DNA of 64,000 bases from Podarcis melisellensis. Lineage: Eukaryota. The stretch lies in assembly GCA_964234715.1 (NCBI GenBank), contig OZ174283.1. One strand, written 5' to 3'. Positions 22,762 through 37,370 of the stretch are shown in pieces; position 1 is the first letter of the stretch, and each line of letters begins with the position of its first letter. Below the pieces are notes generated by a model. It ran no database searches. It was not told the DNA's origin and saw only the letters and a program-made list of their open reading frames with translations. The translations under genes were made by a program, and so were the position numbers.

Positions 22762-25700
22762 CAACTCTGAAGTTTTGTCCATTTTCAGATTATACTTTCA
22801 GATCAGTGGCCACTGGCAACAATCCAGCAAAAAATCCAAGCATCCTTAAAAACTTATTGAACTCGGTGGACTTCAGAGTGTCTGACTCTGATGATGCCTC
22901 CTAACCTATTTAGTTTGTGAATGCATTTATTTCAGTTTGGATTTTTAGCCTGCCCATTCTTCCTAGACCAGGATACAGAAAAGCAAATGAACAGATAATT
23001 AATTCAATGAATACTGTATAACTAACAATCAAAATCAATCAAAATAAAGCCTAACAAATGTAAATTCCTCACAACTGTTTAACCCTCGCTAGCTCAAATA
23101 ATAATAATAAATACTTGCATCACTTCTGGAGGGGGGGAGGAATCAGATTTTGGAGATTCTTCAGAGGAAGGGAATTTCACAGTTATGAGCCATCAAAGAG
23201 AGCTATTATAGACACTTGGTCACTGCCTGAACAGTGCATAGGTTATTAACCAAGGTGTGCACTCGTGGGTATGGATGGATGAACCTATTAAAGTCCAATC
23301 CATCCCAGTTCTCAGAGGAGACTAAAATGCTTACAAATCTGCCTGCAAATACACACTTTTTAAAAAAAGAAGTACTTATGATGTGTTCTAAGGGTTATCA
23401 TTTAAAAGTCATTTAAAAGTTTTAGAATTGGGTATCCAGCCTTGTATAAGATTTCCTTTTGCAGAAATAATAATAATATCAAACTCTTGGGAGCATTGCA
23501 TATTGCCAAAGAACAGCATGAGAGAGAACTGGCTGTATATACATACTTTACGAACTTTGAATGCTGCTGTTTTTATTGCCACTTTCGTTTACTGCAGCTT
23601 CTTTGTTAAAATTAACATTCAAAAGGGGCCAGGCTGAGATAAACTGCTGTTGCTCTTTTGACTTCTCTGGAAATGCACATAGGAGGCGACCAGAGATTCA
23701 GGGATTTATAATTAGGGTTGCAGCATTTCACAGATTAATAAGCAAGATAATTGATTAAAAACCATTTGAACTGGCAGAAAATGTCCCCCAACTCATCATG
23801 CAAAATATTCTCTGAGCTTTTATTTTTACTTATTTACTTATATTTACTTTTACTTATTTTATTACATTTGTATATCCCAAAGTTTCTCCACTGAGCTGAG
23901 TGTATATTGTTCCCCACACACCTCATTTTTCAAATCCTTACAAGAATCCTGTGAGGTAGGTTAGGCTGAGAGATAGTGACCAACCCAAGGGCACTCAGTA
24001 AACTTGAACCTGGGTCTCTTGAATTCTACTCCAACACTGTAATCACACCACCACGCTGGTTCTGAAAGTACTTACAGAAGCTGGAGACCGCAAGCACCAA
24101 CCTAGAAGAAACATCTCCTCCTTCCCTCGCACACAGGATGGAATCCTTCATCAAAGAGGATGTCTAGTGTAAGAAATGGGCATCATCAAAAACCTTTTTG
24201 TCCCCTTCAGAAATCTTGTACTATTTAATCGATCTCTGGCTTATATAGTTAATCAAATAAGGTTTCACTAATCAGTTTCGAATTAATTAGTGCCTTTATA
24301 TCCCAACTTCCCTCCATTGAGCTCAAGGTGGGGTGTGTGGTTCTAACCCCCTCCCTCACTTAACACCCCCCCCCAAAAAGAAACCACAATGAGGAAGGCT
24401 AGGCTGAGAGGCAGTGACTGGCTCAAGGTCACTCAGTAAGCTTCATGACCAAGTGGGGATTTGAACCTTGGTTTTCCAGGTTACAGTCTGACACACTAAC
24501 CACTACACCACACCGGATTTCCACCATCACTCCTTTTTTCTGTACTATTTCAAATTCCTTCAGCTTTGCCCCATATTCTCTGCATGGCCAACAGTCAGAG
24601 GTTATGAGAGAGGGTTGGTGGTTGGCATCCATCTGTCTCGGGAGGCAATAAAAGCCTCTGGAGGTGAAGTCAAACTGTTGGAGAGCTGGAGTCCAGTAAG
24701 AACTGCAAGACCAAGAGGTTGTCCTCCCTGCTTTAAAGAATTATACATAGCTGGGTGCAGATTTCCTCAACTTAGGGGTTGTCAATGTGGTGCCCTCCAG
24801 GCATCTTGGTCAGCTCTCTGCATTGGCTATTGCTGAATTGGGCTGATGAGAACTGTGGTCCAAAACATCTGGATGGCACCATGTTGGCTACCCCTGCCTT
24901 AAGCAATGCCTTTACCACTGCAGTCCTCAAGTTTTGAGATCCAAAGATGATGCTCCCCTGCCCGTTCCATACTTTTAGGGCAGGGATAGCCAACCCAGTG
25001 TCCTCCAGATGTTGTAGGACTCCAGCTTCCATCAGAATGGCATGGCTAACAGTGGATAGTGAGACTTGTAGTCCAACAAGAGCTGGAAGGCCACAGCTTT
25101 CCCATCTCTGATCTAGACCATTCAGAGTTTTCATATGGAAAGTGAAACTAAGTGCAGAAGTCCAATTAAAAGCTACCCAGCACTGGGTGCAATGGAACCT
25201 CCCATGTCCTCAGGTGCATCATTTAATGCCGTCCATATGGCAAGCCCCTTTGCATTAACAGCCCATGAGCTGTTACTTAGCAGCAAATTAATAATAACTG
25301 CATTGCACTGTTCTCAGTAGTCCTTGTACGTTTCTTCTGCTCAGATTCTCAACAGTGCAATAATGAGCTTCCACCAGAGACTGCTCTAGATAAGAGGACG
25401 CCAACTTTGCTTCCCAAGGTATAGTCTTTTCTCAGGAGATCACAACATTTTAATATTATTTTTTTTAAAAGACATAGTTTGCTTTCTGGTTCAGCAAATG
25501 CCTCTTTTTTAATCTCTCTCGTGCACTCAGAGCCAGGGGAGGCAAGTGAGGCACTGCAGCCCCACCAGCTCACTCTGCCTTCAGTCATCTCCCAGCTGCC
25601 TACCTCCTTCCTTGCAGCCAGTCTCCTCCACTTTAGTTTCAGTGCTGCATTTTTAGAGCTCGACAGGGAGGGATATGGGGGCATAAGTGGAGCTAGTTGG

Positions 25701-25798
25701 CTCTGCCTCTCATTGCCTCCAGCTCTGCTAGTTATTTGCTCTGGCAGTCTGGTGCCACCTGCTGTTTGCCTCCCTGCCTCCCACCCTACTGGTCCTAA

Positions 25799-26161
25799 AA
25801 AGGTAAAGGGACCCCTGACAGTTAAGTCCAGTCATGGACGATTCTGGGGTTGCAGCGCTCATCTCGTTTTACTGGCCAAGGGAGCCAGCGTTTTTGTCTG
25901 CAGACAGCATCTGGGTCATGTGGCCAGCAGGACTAAGCCGCTTCTGGCGAAACCAGAGCAGCACACAGAAACACCATTTACCTTCCCGCCGGAACAGTAC
26001 CTATTTATCTACTTGCACTTTGATGTGTTTTCAAACTGCTAGGTTGGCAGGAGCTGGGACCGAACAATGGGTGCTCACCCCATTGTGGGGATTTGAACCG
26101 CCGACCTTCTGATCGGCAAGCCCTAGGCTCTGTGGTTTAGACCACAGTGCCACCCATGTCC
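25799..26161 (-). mobile_element. Sauria SINE
   Basis: Full body from AAAGGTAAAGGGACCCC to GCCACCCATGTCC. Confidence 0.9.
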
Positions 26162-29100
26162 TAATGAGCATTAAGTTCCACTGCTCATAGCCATATTCAA
26201 GGAATATGAGAATGGGGAGGGGGCGGGAGAGTATCCATTTAAAGAGTATCCATTTAATGGCATGCTATGAATATCATGCTTATGAAGGGCATAGGTTAAA
26301 GTTGCAAATGCAAGCGCACTAACTTAGAACTCAGCTCCATTTAAATAAATGGAGCTAAAATGCCATTAGAACGGGGAAGTTTTATTTAGCCATTTATTTA
26401 GTCTAAAAATCATGTGCCACCAGCTAGACCAAAAGTAGCTCTCAGACTGACTGAACAGCAAAATATTTAAATATTTGGAATATTAAAACCATTTAAAATG
26501 AATTTTTAAAAACAAACAAACAAAAAACCTCACAGTGTTAAGATCAGGCAGACACATAAGGAACATTTTTTTACTCCTTCAAAGCATCTAGTAAGGTGGC
26601 TAGATGATCCTTTTTCATCAGGGAGTCCATAGGGAGGGTTCCATCATAAAGATGAGCTCATACTCTGAACTCAAGGAGAACCAGATTTGGACCTAGGACA
26701 TTCCATGCTCTTTCTGGCATCAATTCCAAATACAACAAGGCACCAGATTTGAGGAGGTGAGTAAACCTTACGGACCCAATGCACCCTCACTGAAGGATGG
26801 AGCTGAAAATCTGGGCAGAGGAGATATAGGCAAACTACATTAACTGAAATTTGCTTAATGGAGATAACAGAACCAGACCAGCCCATAGGCATGATATGGA
26901 AATAAATCTCACATTTTTGTTGCTGTTTCCAAATCAAATATCCCTTTCTTCCTTCACATATCCAAATTACTAACTGTCACACGCAGACGCAAGCCAGTGG
27001 CTTCCAAATGAAAATGAACAACTTGGCACCCGACAACTAACAATAAGTGTTTTAGCCTGCTGTGACACTGCCCTCCCGTTCCCTGCAAATGCTTATTAAT
27101 GACAATACTGTTTTTACGGCATCCATTACTGCACCGCTGAGAGGCGCCCTAAGGCAGCAGTTTTCAAACCAACTTTTTGGTGGTCTCAGTTTGCAGACAT
27201 CAACACTTATTAACTACGCTGTTTGTTCTAACAACCATCCAGGAACATAGGGCAGGTGCCTTGCAAGGTTTCTCCAGCAACAGTCAAACCCCGGGTAATC
27301 TGGTGCTTGGATCCCTGTTTTGTACGCATGTGCATATATATATAATTGTTCCCTCTCCATTAGTTGAACCTTGTAAACCAGCTGCCTAATCGATTAAGGT
27401 GAAGGTTGACTTAGGGGAGAGTTGAGTGTCAACCAGCCCAGAGAATCTGAGGGCCTCTGGCATACCTGTGAAGATAGATGCTTTTATCCCAGAGAGCATC
27501 CTTGTTGTGCTCGTCTTTCAGAGATTTGTGTGCCACACATTCCTTGCCACTTGGGTCAACCCTGTCTTGAACATCAACCTTTCACTTAGTGTCAGCTTTC
27601 CTTGCCTGCTCCTTGTCTGAAATGTTACTCAGGACCAAGCTACGGGCCAAATCCCACTTGCGTAGCACTGCAGGTAACTCGCTGCTTGCTGCATCGAACA
27701 CATCAAGTCTGAAGGGGACACCAACACATGTATCCAAACACACAGGAAACATGGGCACCCTGTCCCATTTTGCAGGATCAGTTCCAGCGAATGATGCCTG
27801 AATATGTGGACAAAAGATTTCCACCAAGCCCTCTTTCCCTCCCTGCCCTCCCAACAATTTGCTGCCCTTTCTCGTGACATCCAACTTCCTCTACCTAATG
27901 GTAGGGCAGGCTCTAACAATGGAGAATGATGTGCCTCAAGACCACAACCGTGTTTAGCGGCACTAAACTGGCATGAAGGAAATAAACAAGCAAGCCCCCG
28001 TTTCTGTCAGCTTCACAACCTGTCTAAGTTCATGGGTGGGGAACTTGTAGCCCCTCAGATATTGTTGTACTATCACTCCCATAATCCCTGAGTATTGGCC
28101 AAGTTGGCCAAGGCTATTGAGAGTCCAACATCTTGAAGGCCACATGTTCGTCATCCCAAGCTTAGATGATAAGGAGCATGCTTGTCAATGCTCATGGTTG
28201 CTTACTAGAAGAGCTTCTGTCCTGTTTTCAGCTGTACTTCAGTACCACCACTGAAAATGATTAAAGGACAATATTGTAACTCAGCAGAAGTCAAGTGATT
28301 CAGTAGGTCAATAGTTTTGCACTTGGTATTATAAAGCTTCTGACTCTAGGCTGACTTCTCTCAGTCAGCTGTTCCGGACCACTTCTACCTTTGTCTGACT
28401 GCACACACATTTATTTACTAATTTACACTCTTATTTATAGATCTTAAAATTAAAAAATTCAAAACGGCATACACTAAAATAAATGTTATAACATCAACAT
28501 ACTGCAACATTAGGTTTGCATTTGACGTCTCTGTTCTTCACCATCTACATAGATCTAGAGCAGAGGTGGGGAACCTGGGTTCCACCAGCTGTTGTTGCAC
28601 TGCAATTCCCATCATCCCTTGCCATTGCTTTGCTGGTTGGGGCTTCTGGGATTTGGAGTACAACTTCTGGAAGGTCCCAGGTTCCCCACCTCTGAACTGG
28701 GGATTAACATGATCGGTCCCAGAACTACGTCCTTTGTTCATGAAATAACAGTCCTCATTTAAGGTTCTGGAAGTGAGCAAAATATCAGCTACTTATTTGT
28801 TTAGTTCAGTTGGTAGAAAAATGTTCAGAAACTGTTTGCCAGTGGGTGGATACTGCTAATAATTTGCTGTGCAATTGAGTAGAAAGAGTAGAAATCTTTC
28901 CCCTGCCTGGAGGAAAAGGGTTTGGGTTTTTTTGCTAGCATCTGTCTCATCTCAATCAAAATGCAAAAATCACAATAAAGAAGAGATTTTGAAAGAACTG
29001 AGGACCATGTTGTTCCGAGAATGTAGATGTTTTTAATGACTGAATGCCACGTATCATAGCCATTACATAGTTATTTATGAGGAAAGCATTGCTGTTATTA

Positions 29101-30010
29101 TCTCAACTAATTGAAGATAGAGTCTGTCACCTAAATTTTTATTGTTTGTGTAAAATAAATGATACATCCTGACATTTTCCTGCCATTTAGCCTGAGTAAA
29201 CATTTCTTTATTCAGAGAAAGAAAACTCACTATTTATCACTTTAGTGATTGTTCCATTGTGCATCCAATGGAAACTTAGTTTACGTTGGTGTTAGAAATT
29301 AAGGCATTTGTTTTTTAAATGCTATTTTGGTGCAAATTACGCACATGAGTCTTTGTTACTGTTTAGCACCTGTTTTCCAGCAAATATAGAAAAATTAGGC
29401 GCACAAATGTTTTAAAAAGGAATTAACAATAAAGGATATTTGTGGATGAGAAGAGGAAACTTTTAAAATTAATGTCATTGGAAGAAGAAGAAGTTAAGAA
29501 TGGAAGCAAAATGCTTATTTCATACTCAGAGCCATTTTCCAATTTTCCAATTTAAATATATTATGTAAATCAGGAGATTTTTGTTGTTGTTGTTGTTAAC
29601 GTCCCTTTGGTTATACCTCCTTCATTTATTTGCCAGCTTGAAGATAGAGAGAAGCCCTCCTGCACAGTCTCATTTATTGCTCTTGCTGCTCTTGCACTAC
29701 GAAATGCCAGCAATATGAAGGCTGTGCCCACGCTAGGACATTATAATGTCTGTTTGTGTGCTATCTTCCTCACAAGTGATTTAAATGGGCAGTGCTTAAT
29801 GTGATGTATTCACACTTTGTGTTCTTGTCCCCTTTCCACACTCCACAAGTTCCAGACATTTGAAGTCTGCCCTAGACATGCACACAGGTATTTGTGTATC
29901 TCTGTGTGCGCACACACCTTAAAAGAATAATAATGTGGAAACATGCAGCAACAAACTGCCACCAAAGCCAATGTTTTAAGCAAAGGCAAAACAGCATTTT
30001 TCTCTTTAAA

Positions 30011-30047
30011 CATCATCATCATCATCATCATCATCATTATTATTATT
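30011..30047. repeat. (CAT)n(TAT)n microsatellite
   Basis: Seen directly. Confidence 0.85.
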
Positions 30048-30116
30048 GGAATACAAGTTTTCAACCTGCCAGGGTTGAGCAAAAGAGCAGATTAAATGTG
30101 TGTGAGTGTCTTAATA

Positions 30117-30342
30117 CAGTGGTACCTCAGGTTACATACGCTTCAGGTTACAGACTCCGCTAACCCAGAAATATTACCTTGGGTTAAGAACTTTGCTTCA
30201 GGATGAGAACAGAAATCGTGCTCCGGCTGCGCGGTGGCAGCAGGAGGCCCCATTAGCTAAAGTGGTGCTTCAGGTTAAGAACAGTTTCAGGTTAAGAACA
30301 GACCTCCAGAACGAATTAAGTTCTTAACCCGAGGTACCACTG
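30117..30342. mobile_element. Tc1/mariner-pogo (Tigger-like) MITE
   Basis: TIRs CAGTGGTACCTC(A/G)GGTTA, TA target duplication on both sides. Confidence 0.88.
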
Positions 30343-31675
30343 TATTGGTGCCTTTTATTGACCCTGCTGTGAAGATCAGGTGCAAGCATGCAATCATAGT
30401 ACATCCAGAAAACTTTTACCAGTCTGAGCCCCCATTTAGGAAAGGTAGAAGGCTGTACCCACCCTGGGTTTCAGACCACACCTCAGGAGTCCCAATGCCT
30501 CTATTTATTATTATGAAACATAAAACGTCATCACAGCAAATACCCTAAAAATATTCCACATTATGCAATTTAATCTTGAATATATCTAGAAATATTGAAA
30601 CTGGCTACAAATCTCTCTGTGTGTCTGTCTGTCTCTCTCTCCTCTCTCATATACACACTTTCACTCCAAAGCTAGCATTTTGCCAACTATAAGATATCAG
30701 GAGAATCGTGAGCTATGCAGCCTGTAGCATAATCTTTCTGCCACTGGCTTGATCTCTTTCTGCTGCATGCTGTTAGAAGGCTCACCCAAACTTTTTAAAT
30801 GTTTTCATGATTTACGCAGAGAACTAAAAATCTGCAGAAAAATTAGAAGCTGCTTATATGCTCAGGATTCCACAACATATAACACTATCCTTATTGGAGG
30901 CTATATGCCACGTCCTGAAGCATCATCAGGGTTATGCAGATTTCTGGAGGAGCATTTATCGGGTATTTCCAGCACTGGTTATCCGAGCCCTCCCCACACT
31001 TTATGACAAAAGGACAGTCTGCCTCTGTTTGGGTTAATAGCTGCAGCTGTTCTGCTTCTAAGCAATCACCTAGTTGAAATGAATGAAGACTGTGGTGGAT
31101 GGGAGACTTTCACTGGCTGCAGTCAGAAGGAAACAACCCAGAGGTCTTACGAAGGGAAAATACAAAGGATGCATAAATAATTGGTCAACTGTTTTCTTTG
31201 AAAAGGAAGATTTCTCCCTTAAGAGGGTGATCTGAAGGCACCTTATCTGTCACAAACTCTGCAAGACAGTGGATGATCTGCTTACCACCATGCACTGGGA
31301 ACTATAGAAAACACCAAGACATGTTGCATAAGCAAGTACTGGTGTATAAGAAAATTTTGTGTGTGTGTGTGTGAATCATATAATACATTTGCAGTTGTAT
31401 CTTTAAAAATCCACCTTTGTTCATATGCTGACATAAATCTGCTATCAGGAATCACAAGACAGAGAAACCAGTAGGAGAACACTTCAATCTCCCAGGACAT
31501 TCTATACAAGATCTCAAAGTAGCTGTCTTATTACAAAAGAATTTCAGAAATAGACTGGAAAGAGAAGTTGCTGAATTGCAACTTATTACCAAACTTAAAA
31601 CCATGGAGAGACCTGGTCTGAATAGAGACATTGGATTCTTCTCTCATTATACAGTACATGATAAAGCTATTTTTA

Positions 31676-31945
31676 GCTATCTCACCCCTTGCTTTTTCCT
31701 GTAAGACCAACTGCAGTCGTTAACAGTTGTCAACAGGTTTACCACACCTATCAGCCAATCAGCCAATCACCCATTCCCACGCCCCTTCTGAGTAATACCC
31801 CTCCCCACCCTCTCACTATATATAAGGGTCTGGTGACTTCTGTTTCAGTGTAGCTGAAAAGTGTGCATGCACACAAAAGCTCATACCAAGAACAAACTTA
31901 GTTGGTCTCTAAGGTGCTACTGGAAGGAATTTTTATTATTTATTT
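31676..31945 (+). mobile_element. Penelope-like element 3'/pLTR fragment with degenerate hammerhead
   Basis: Shares GTGTGCATGCACAC..AAAGCTCATACCAAGAACAAACTTAGTTGGTCTCTAAGGTGCTACTGG with the 40.8 kb and 60.5 kb copies. Confidence 0.7.
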
Positions 31946-34079
31946 AGTTTGAATGTGCATTCATCACAGGCTACAATTATAGCGTGTGGTACCATGTTGC
32001 TTTGCTTTTGCACAATGAAAACAAATAAATAAAAATCAACAAATCTGCATATCCAGCAAATTTTTCTTTTCATTATTTCAGCATCCATCCACTGAAATTT
32101 GTCCCCATGACATAGTAAGATCTCATTCCCCACAAAACATTTCTTTCTCTCCAAATAAAGCATTTCAATATTTATATAAAGAGAAAGGCCTGATAGGCTT
32201 GCTCAGTCATTGGGCTCTTAGAATGGCTGGGGCTTTTTCTCACGAGATAAAAAGCTGAAATCTTCTACACACATAAACCAATTTGGCTTCATGGCTAGGA
32301 GCATGAAGACTAACTCCCACCCCCACAGATTGCGGTGTGTCCACATTGACTAGATAAAACACGTTGATGACATTTGGTACACATATAACCCAAGACATTC
32401 TGATTATTAGAAAAGCTCAGGAATGTCAGGCATTGAACCTTAGACCTTCTGCATGCAAAGCAGTTGCTCTGCCACTGGGCCACAGCCCAGCTCTTGCTAG
32501 AGCACAGCAGATTGACGCAGTTATAGACATTGCCAGAAAGAGCATTTCAAAGTCATGGGTCTGCATTAGAGAGCCCCCAAAGACATTTCTGTTCCAGTCT
32601 GCATTTGGTTAATGGTCTGTGTCAAGAATTGTTAGCTGCTGCTGATTTTAATTTAATGATTTTCAGTTTAATGGTATGTTTGGTAATTATTTTATTTATC
32701 TGAGCTTTAAAACTGCAAATTGCCTCTGCGAGGGCAGTGTGCCATGAAAGGTGAGTTAGCAATCCCTCAGATAGATAATCTTACTGGTTCTGGATTGGCA
32801 GCCCTAATGATGGAAATGTCCTCATTACCTCCCCATTTTGTCAGTTTCTCCATCGGAGAAGGATAGAGCTCTGCGCTGTGTGTGTACATCCTTAGTGTGT
32901 ACAACTAAGCAGGGATATTTCTACAATTTGAACGGAGAATTCAGCCCGTTAGTTACCTTTCCAGAATGCTCCTTCCCCTCTGTCTTAGACCTTCCTTACA
33001 CAGCCATTCAGCACCTTCAGACTAGCAACCAATGAAAGCATGGCAGCTATGACGACAACAATGACAATTCTGATGGTAGTAACTGTGTTGCCGGTGGCGT
33101 GCGCGCCAATCTCTTTCCCTGTGCTGGTTTGCAGAGGTGTTCAAACAGAGCTCAGAGAGTGACGGCTGAGATAGTCGTCTTTGTACCACGCACAATCCGT
33201 TTAGCCATTTGGCAACTTATCTCTTGCCGCACCTATAACAGTGTTTCCTTTCTATTTCAGTCAGGTAAGGTAGAAATAACCATAACAACCATGATGGTGT
33301 CATTCACTGAGCCATTATTATTTTTTACAGGCAACATTTCATGGTTCCAGGGAGTCTTGTAAACAATGGAATGAAGGCCAAAGTACACTTAGCTCCTGTT
33401 TAAACCATGCTTAAACCATGCTTTAAACCATGGTCTGCTTTTATTTTAAATGGGAAACAACCCTAGGGCCCCAATCTAGGATGTGCTTCCAATCTGGTAT
33501 AGGAGCTCCATGCCAGTTTCCTGCCAAAAATTGCCCCCTCCTGGGTTCTCTTTGCACCCAAAAGTGCTGTTTCCTGTGAGTAACACCAAGGGGGCACGGG
33601 GGGGGGGGGGCATAGCCACTGTGGAACAATTAGCACATTGTTCCTTCCAAGTCAGGGCTACACAGCTGCTCTTTTTTCAGATAAAAGTGACCGATTTAAG
33701 CATGCTGTTTCAAAAAGTGTAAATAATGTTAGGGTGTGGTTTGGCTCTGAGTGTTTCATGATCATTCACTTCTGTCATGTCATCTGTGCACATTTAACAG
33801 CAGGAGGTGCCTGCCCTGATGAGCTTACCATCTTAGTTTCAGTAACACAGAAGAACTAATAACAATCATTTCAAAAATGCAGAAGAGCAAGGGGAGAAGC
33901 CTAGACAACAGGGAGTGAATATACACAATTAATATTTGGGTCCCTCCAGACTTACTTTTTATTGGGCATTGATGATCATGATGTTTTTAGAGTGGTTATA
34001 AGCTTTCAATATAGTTTGTGCCTGCAAAAGTTTTTAGGGGGGATATACTGCTTGGTTTCCCATTGGTGCATATCCCATA

Positions 34080-34352
34080 AAGGTAAAGGGTAAAGGGACC
34101 CCTGACCATTAGGTCCAGTTGTGACTAAGCCGCTTCTGGCGAACCAGAGCAGCGCACGGAAATGCCATTTACCTTCCTGCCAGAGCGGTACCTATTTATC
34201 TACTTGTACTTTGATGTGCTTTTGAACTGCTAGGTTGGCAGGAGCAGGGACCAAGCAACGGGAGCTCACCCCATCGCGGGGATTCGAACCACAGACCTTC
34301 TGATCGGCAAGTCCTAGGCTCTGTGGTTTAGACCACAGCGCCACCCATGTCC
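34080..34352 (-). mobile_element. Sauria SINE with internal deletion
   Basis: Body jumps from CCAGTTGTGACT to AAGCCGC, consistent with TGACT microhomology. Confidence 0.88.
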
Positions 34353-35111
34353 CATAGCTTCCTGCTAAAATCCTGTAGATTTCTATATCAGAAATGTTCC
34401 GGGGATGTGCATGTGTCTTCCTTTGTTACACTCTACTGGAAAACTGCACCTACAGGTGGCAATCATGCAATAACATTGAGGAAGCATGAGCAGATGACTA
34501 ATAAAGTGGAATGACATGTCGATGGCCGAATATAAATTCACCACCAGATCCATTACCATTGCATCAATGACATCTTTTGGAATATACCCCACTCCCAGTC
34601 ACCTGGAGAACAGGAGTCTAGAGTGGCCCTTTGTTTTGCTTTGCACTAAGGAGGAAGGAGTTAAACCAAATATTTCATTTCCAACAACTACATTCTGATT
34701 AGCAGCCGGAGTCACTTCAGGCAAATAAGGTGATTATGAATGAACCATTTGCACATCAGAAAGTTGTGGCAGTGTGGAAGCAAGAACTCCTGAGGATCGC
34801 AGTCTACTGTAGCAACTCACAGTCAAACCATTTTTTAAGCCCATCGTTGCTGGAATCCAGTTGAGTTCAGCATTTTAGACCTCTAACTTTAAAAATAAAA
34901 TAAAAAATCCATACAAATTCCCTTCCAGTTTATTCAGTAAATCTAGTTTGTCATCATTTCATCTGTGATCTTCATTTGCTTATACCGCCAAATAATTCTG
35001 CAGATACTTTATTAGTTTGGGTCAGCTGATGTTAACTATAGGCTAATGCAAAAAGGAAAAAGGGGAAAATGACCAGAATAACATGTTTGTATTACAGCTC
35101 TTCCTCCATGA

Positions 35112-35848
35112 TAGGGATGGGCAAATCTGCCCACTTCAGTTTCTCAATTTTTCATTTTTCTAGTATTAAGTTCTCCATTTTGCCACATCAGTCTTCAATT
35201 TTTAAAAAATATGCAAATCCATCAGCATTTTAGTGTGAACTTCTCTTAATATATATCTTGCATAACGATTTCTTCCATTGTAATGCATTTTGTTATTTTG
35301 AATAATGTATGCATTTTTGTGCATCTTTTACCACAGTAAAGGCATTTTTATGCACTTTGTTGGCTGGAGAGTGGTGCTGCAAAATGTGGAGATATGCAGA
35401 GATTCTGAGAAATTTGATTCCCCGCACCCTGCACATTTTAATGCAAAATCACCTAATTCACACTTCTTGAACCAATACGCAAACTGAAACATAGTTATCT
35501 TTTGAAAACTGCACTGGGATTCACAAATTTTGGGATGCAGTTTCCTCCAAGCAAACAATATGTACAAAAATGCAGTTGTTAGGTGAAAGTGCAAAAAAAT
35601 ATATGCAAATATAAATTAAATTAGCATACAAAAATGCATAGCATTGGGGAAATTACTTGCAAAAATGTGTATTTTCATCAAAAGGGCTTACAAATATATA
35701 TTGATGATGAGAAACTCACACTAAAATGCTGACAAATGTTCACAAGGATTATTTTATTATATTTTATTTGCAAATTTCTGCAGAAACATGGAGAACTGAA
35801 TTCAAGACTGGCGAAACACTGAGATACATTGGAATTCATCCATCCCTA
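35112..35848. mobile_element. Non-autonomous DNA element with TAGGGATGG termini and internal inverted arms; family fragments at about 20400, 47330, 57190, 60070
   Basis: TAGGGATGG...CCATCCCTA ends; TCAGCATTTTAGTGTGAACTTCTC (35222) is inverted against GAGAAACTCACACTAAAATGCTGA (35709). Confidence 0.6.
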
Positions 35849-37370
35849 GACTATAAGGCACAATAGGATTATTATGGTGGATTTCCACAGTCTAGATACA
35901 GTCTACAAAAATGCTTGGAAATTCTGCACTCTGTGGTATAATATAGCACAATGCCATTTTAAAATAGTATATGAACAAGATATCTTTCTTTGTCACTCAA
36001 ATCAATTCTACTTTTTTTTCTAAAAGTGTTGAACCAAACCTCTGAACTGCTGCATAAATCATTAAGCGGCATTCACACTAACTTTTTAACAGGCATTTTA
36101 AAAGAAAGGGATGCCACATTAATTTTATATACGCTAGTAATATTTCATTGCATTCAAACTTTCCTGCCTAGGCTTTATCTCGTAGCCAATTCTAATTTAT
36201 TGCTTAAGAGAAAAAAAATCTATCATGATAATGACGTATTTAGAAACAGCTGTTGGCAAAGGATTTTGTGTAGAAGAAAAAAAGAATTTCAGAGAAGAAA
36301 CCACTACAAAATTGTTTTTGCCTGTTCTGGTTATGATGTTCTATGGAACATGGGAAATAGAGAATGGTAGCCATGTCTCTGGTACCTGAATGTAGACTTA
36401 GAGCAGACCTCCCCAAGGTGGCACCTTCCAAATGTTGTTGGACTTCATTTCCCATCAACCCCACCCAGCTTGGCCAATGGTCTGAGATGATGAGAGTTGT
36501 AGTCCAACATCATCTTGAAGGCATGGACTTGGGAAAGTCTGTGTTGGAGGAATGGAAAGGGAATTTGCAAAGCCTTCCTTTCTCCATCATTTGTGGCACA
36601 CCAACAACTCCTTCAAAATCAAAATGACACATATGTACGCACATGTTGTGCGCGCACACACACTTTGTGCAGAAAGTCAGCTAATTTGACTTAAACATAG
36701 GGAAAACTGCCAGATCAGGTAGCATGACAGAAAAGGTGTTCAATAACAGTATTATTAGAATATTAAAATTGAAACACCAATCTTTGAAGGGATAGCACTT
36801 TATGATTCCAATTGTGGATAATTTAGATGGTTACCACTAAGAGGGAAAAATACTTCACATCTCTGTGCACTGGTGTTGTAGTGCTAAATTTTGAAATGCA
36901 GGATCTTATCATAACAGCCCCCAAGGCTATTGCCTAAGAAGAGTTAGTCCAAAAATGTGAGCAGTTGTGTTCATCCACACACCAAAGAGCAGCAGAACAT
37001 AGCATAATGTCCAACTGATTTGAATCAGCAATCCTATGCATTAAACTTAGTGGTGCATTCTTCTGATTTCGTTGGTTCAACTTGCAAAAACATTGATCTT
37101 TTAATCTAAGTTCTTCAGCCAACTGAAATGCAAACTTGAGCTTCTACACTGACAAGCAAACAATCTTGCAGATAAGAGTTGACTTTTAAACTACTAGCTT
37201 GAAGTAGGAACCCCCGTCAAAGAAGAGGCAGGGAAGTATCTAGCCTCTACTTGATTATTTTCCAACTTCTTCTATGCTAATCTAGAAAGAAAAAAAGAAA
37301 AAAGTCTCATTCACTTGCCAGGATGGGGGTGGTCGTAAACCACCCTGTGATCTTTGGATGAAGGGCGATA

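Noticed and set aside
25479-26112. Recurrent ORFs with MTKPLLANQSS / YLSTCTLTCF motifs across the window
   Set aside because: Translations of Sauria SINE copies, not a gene family.
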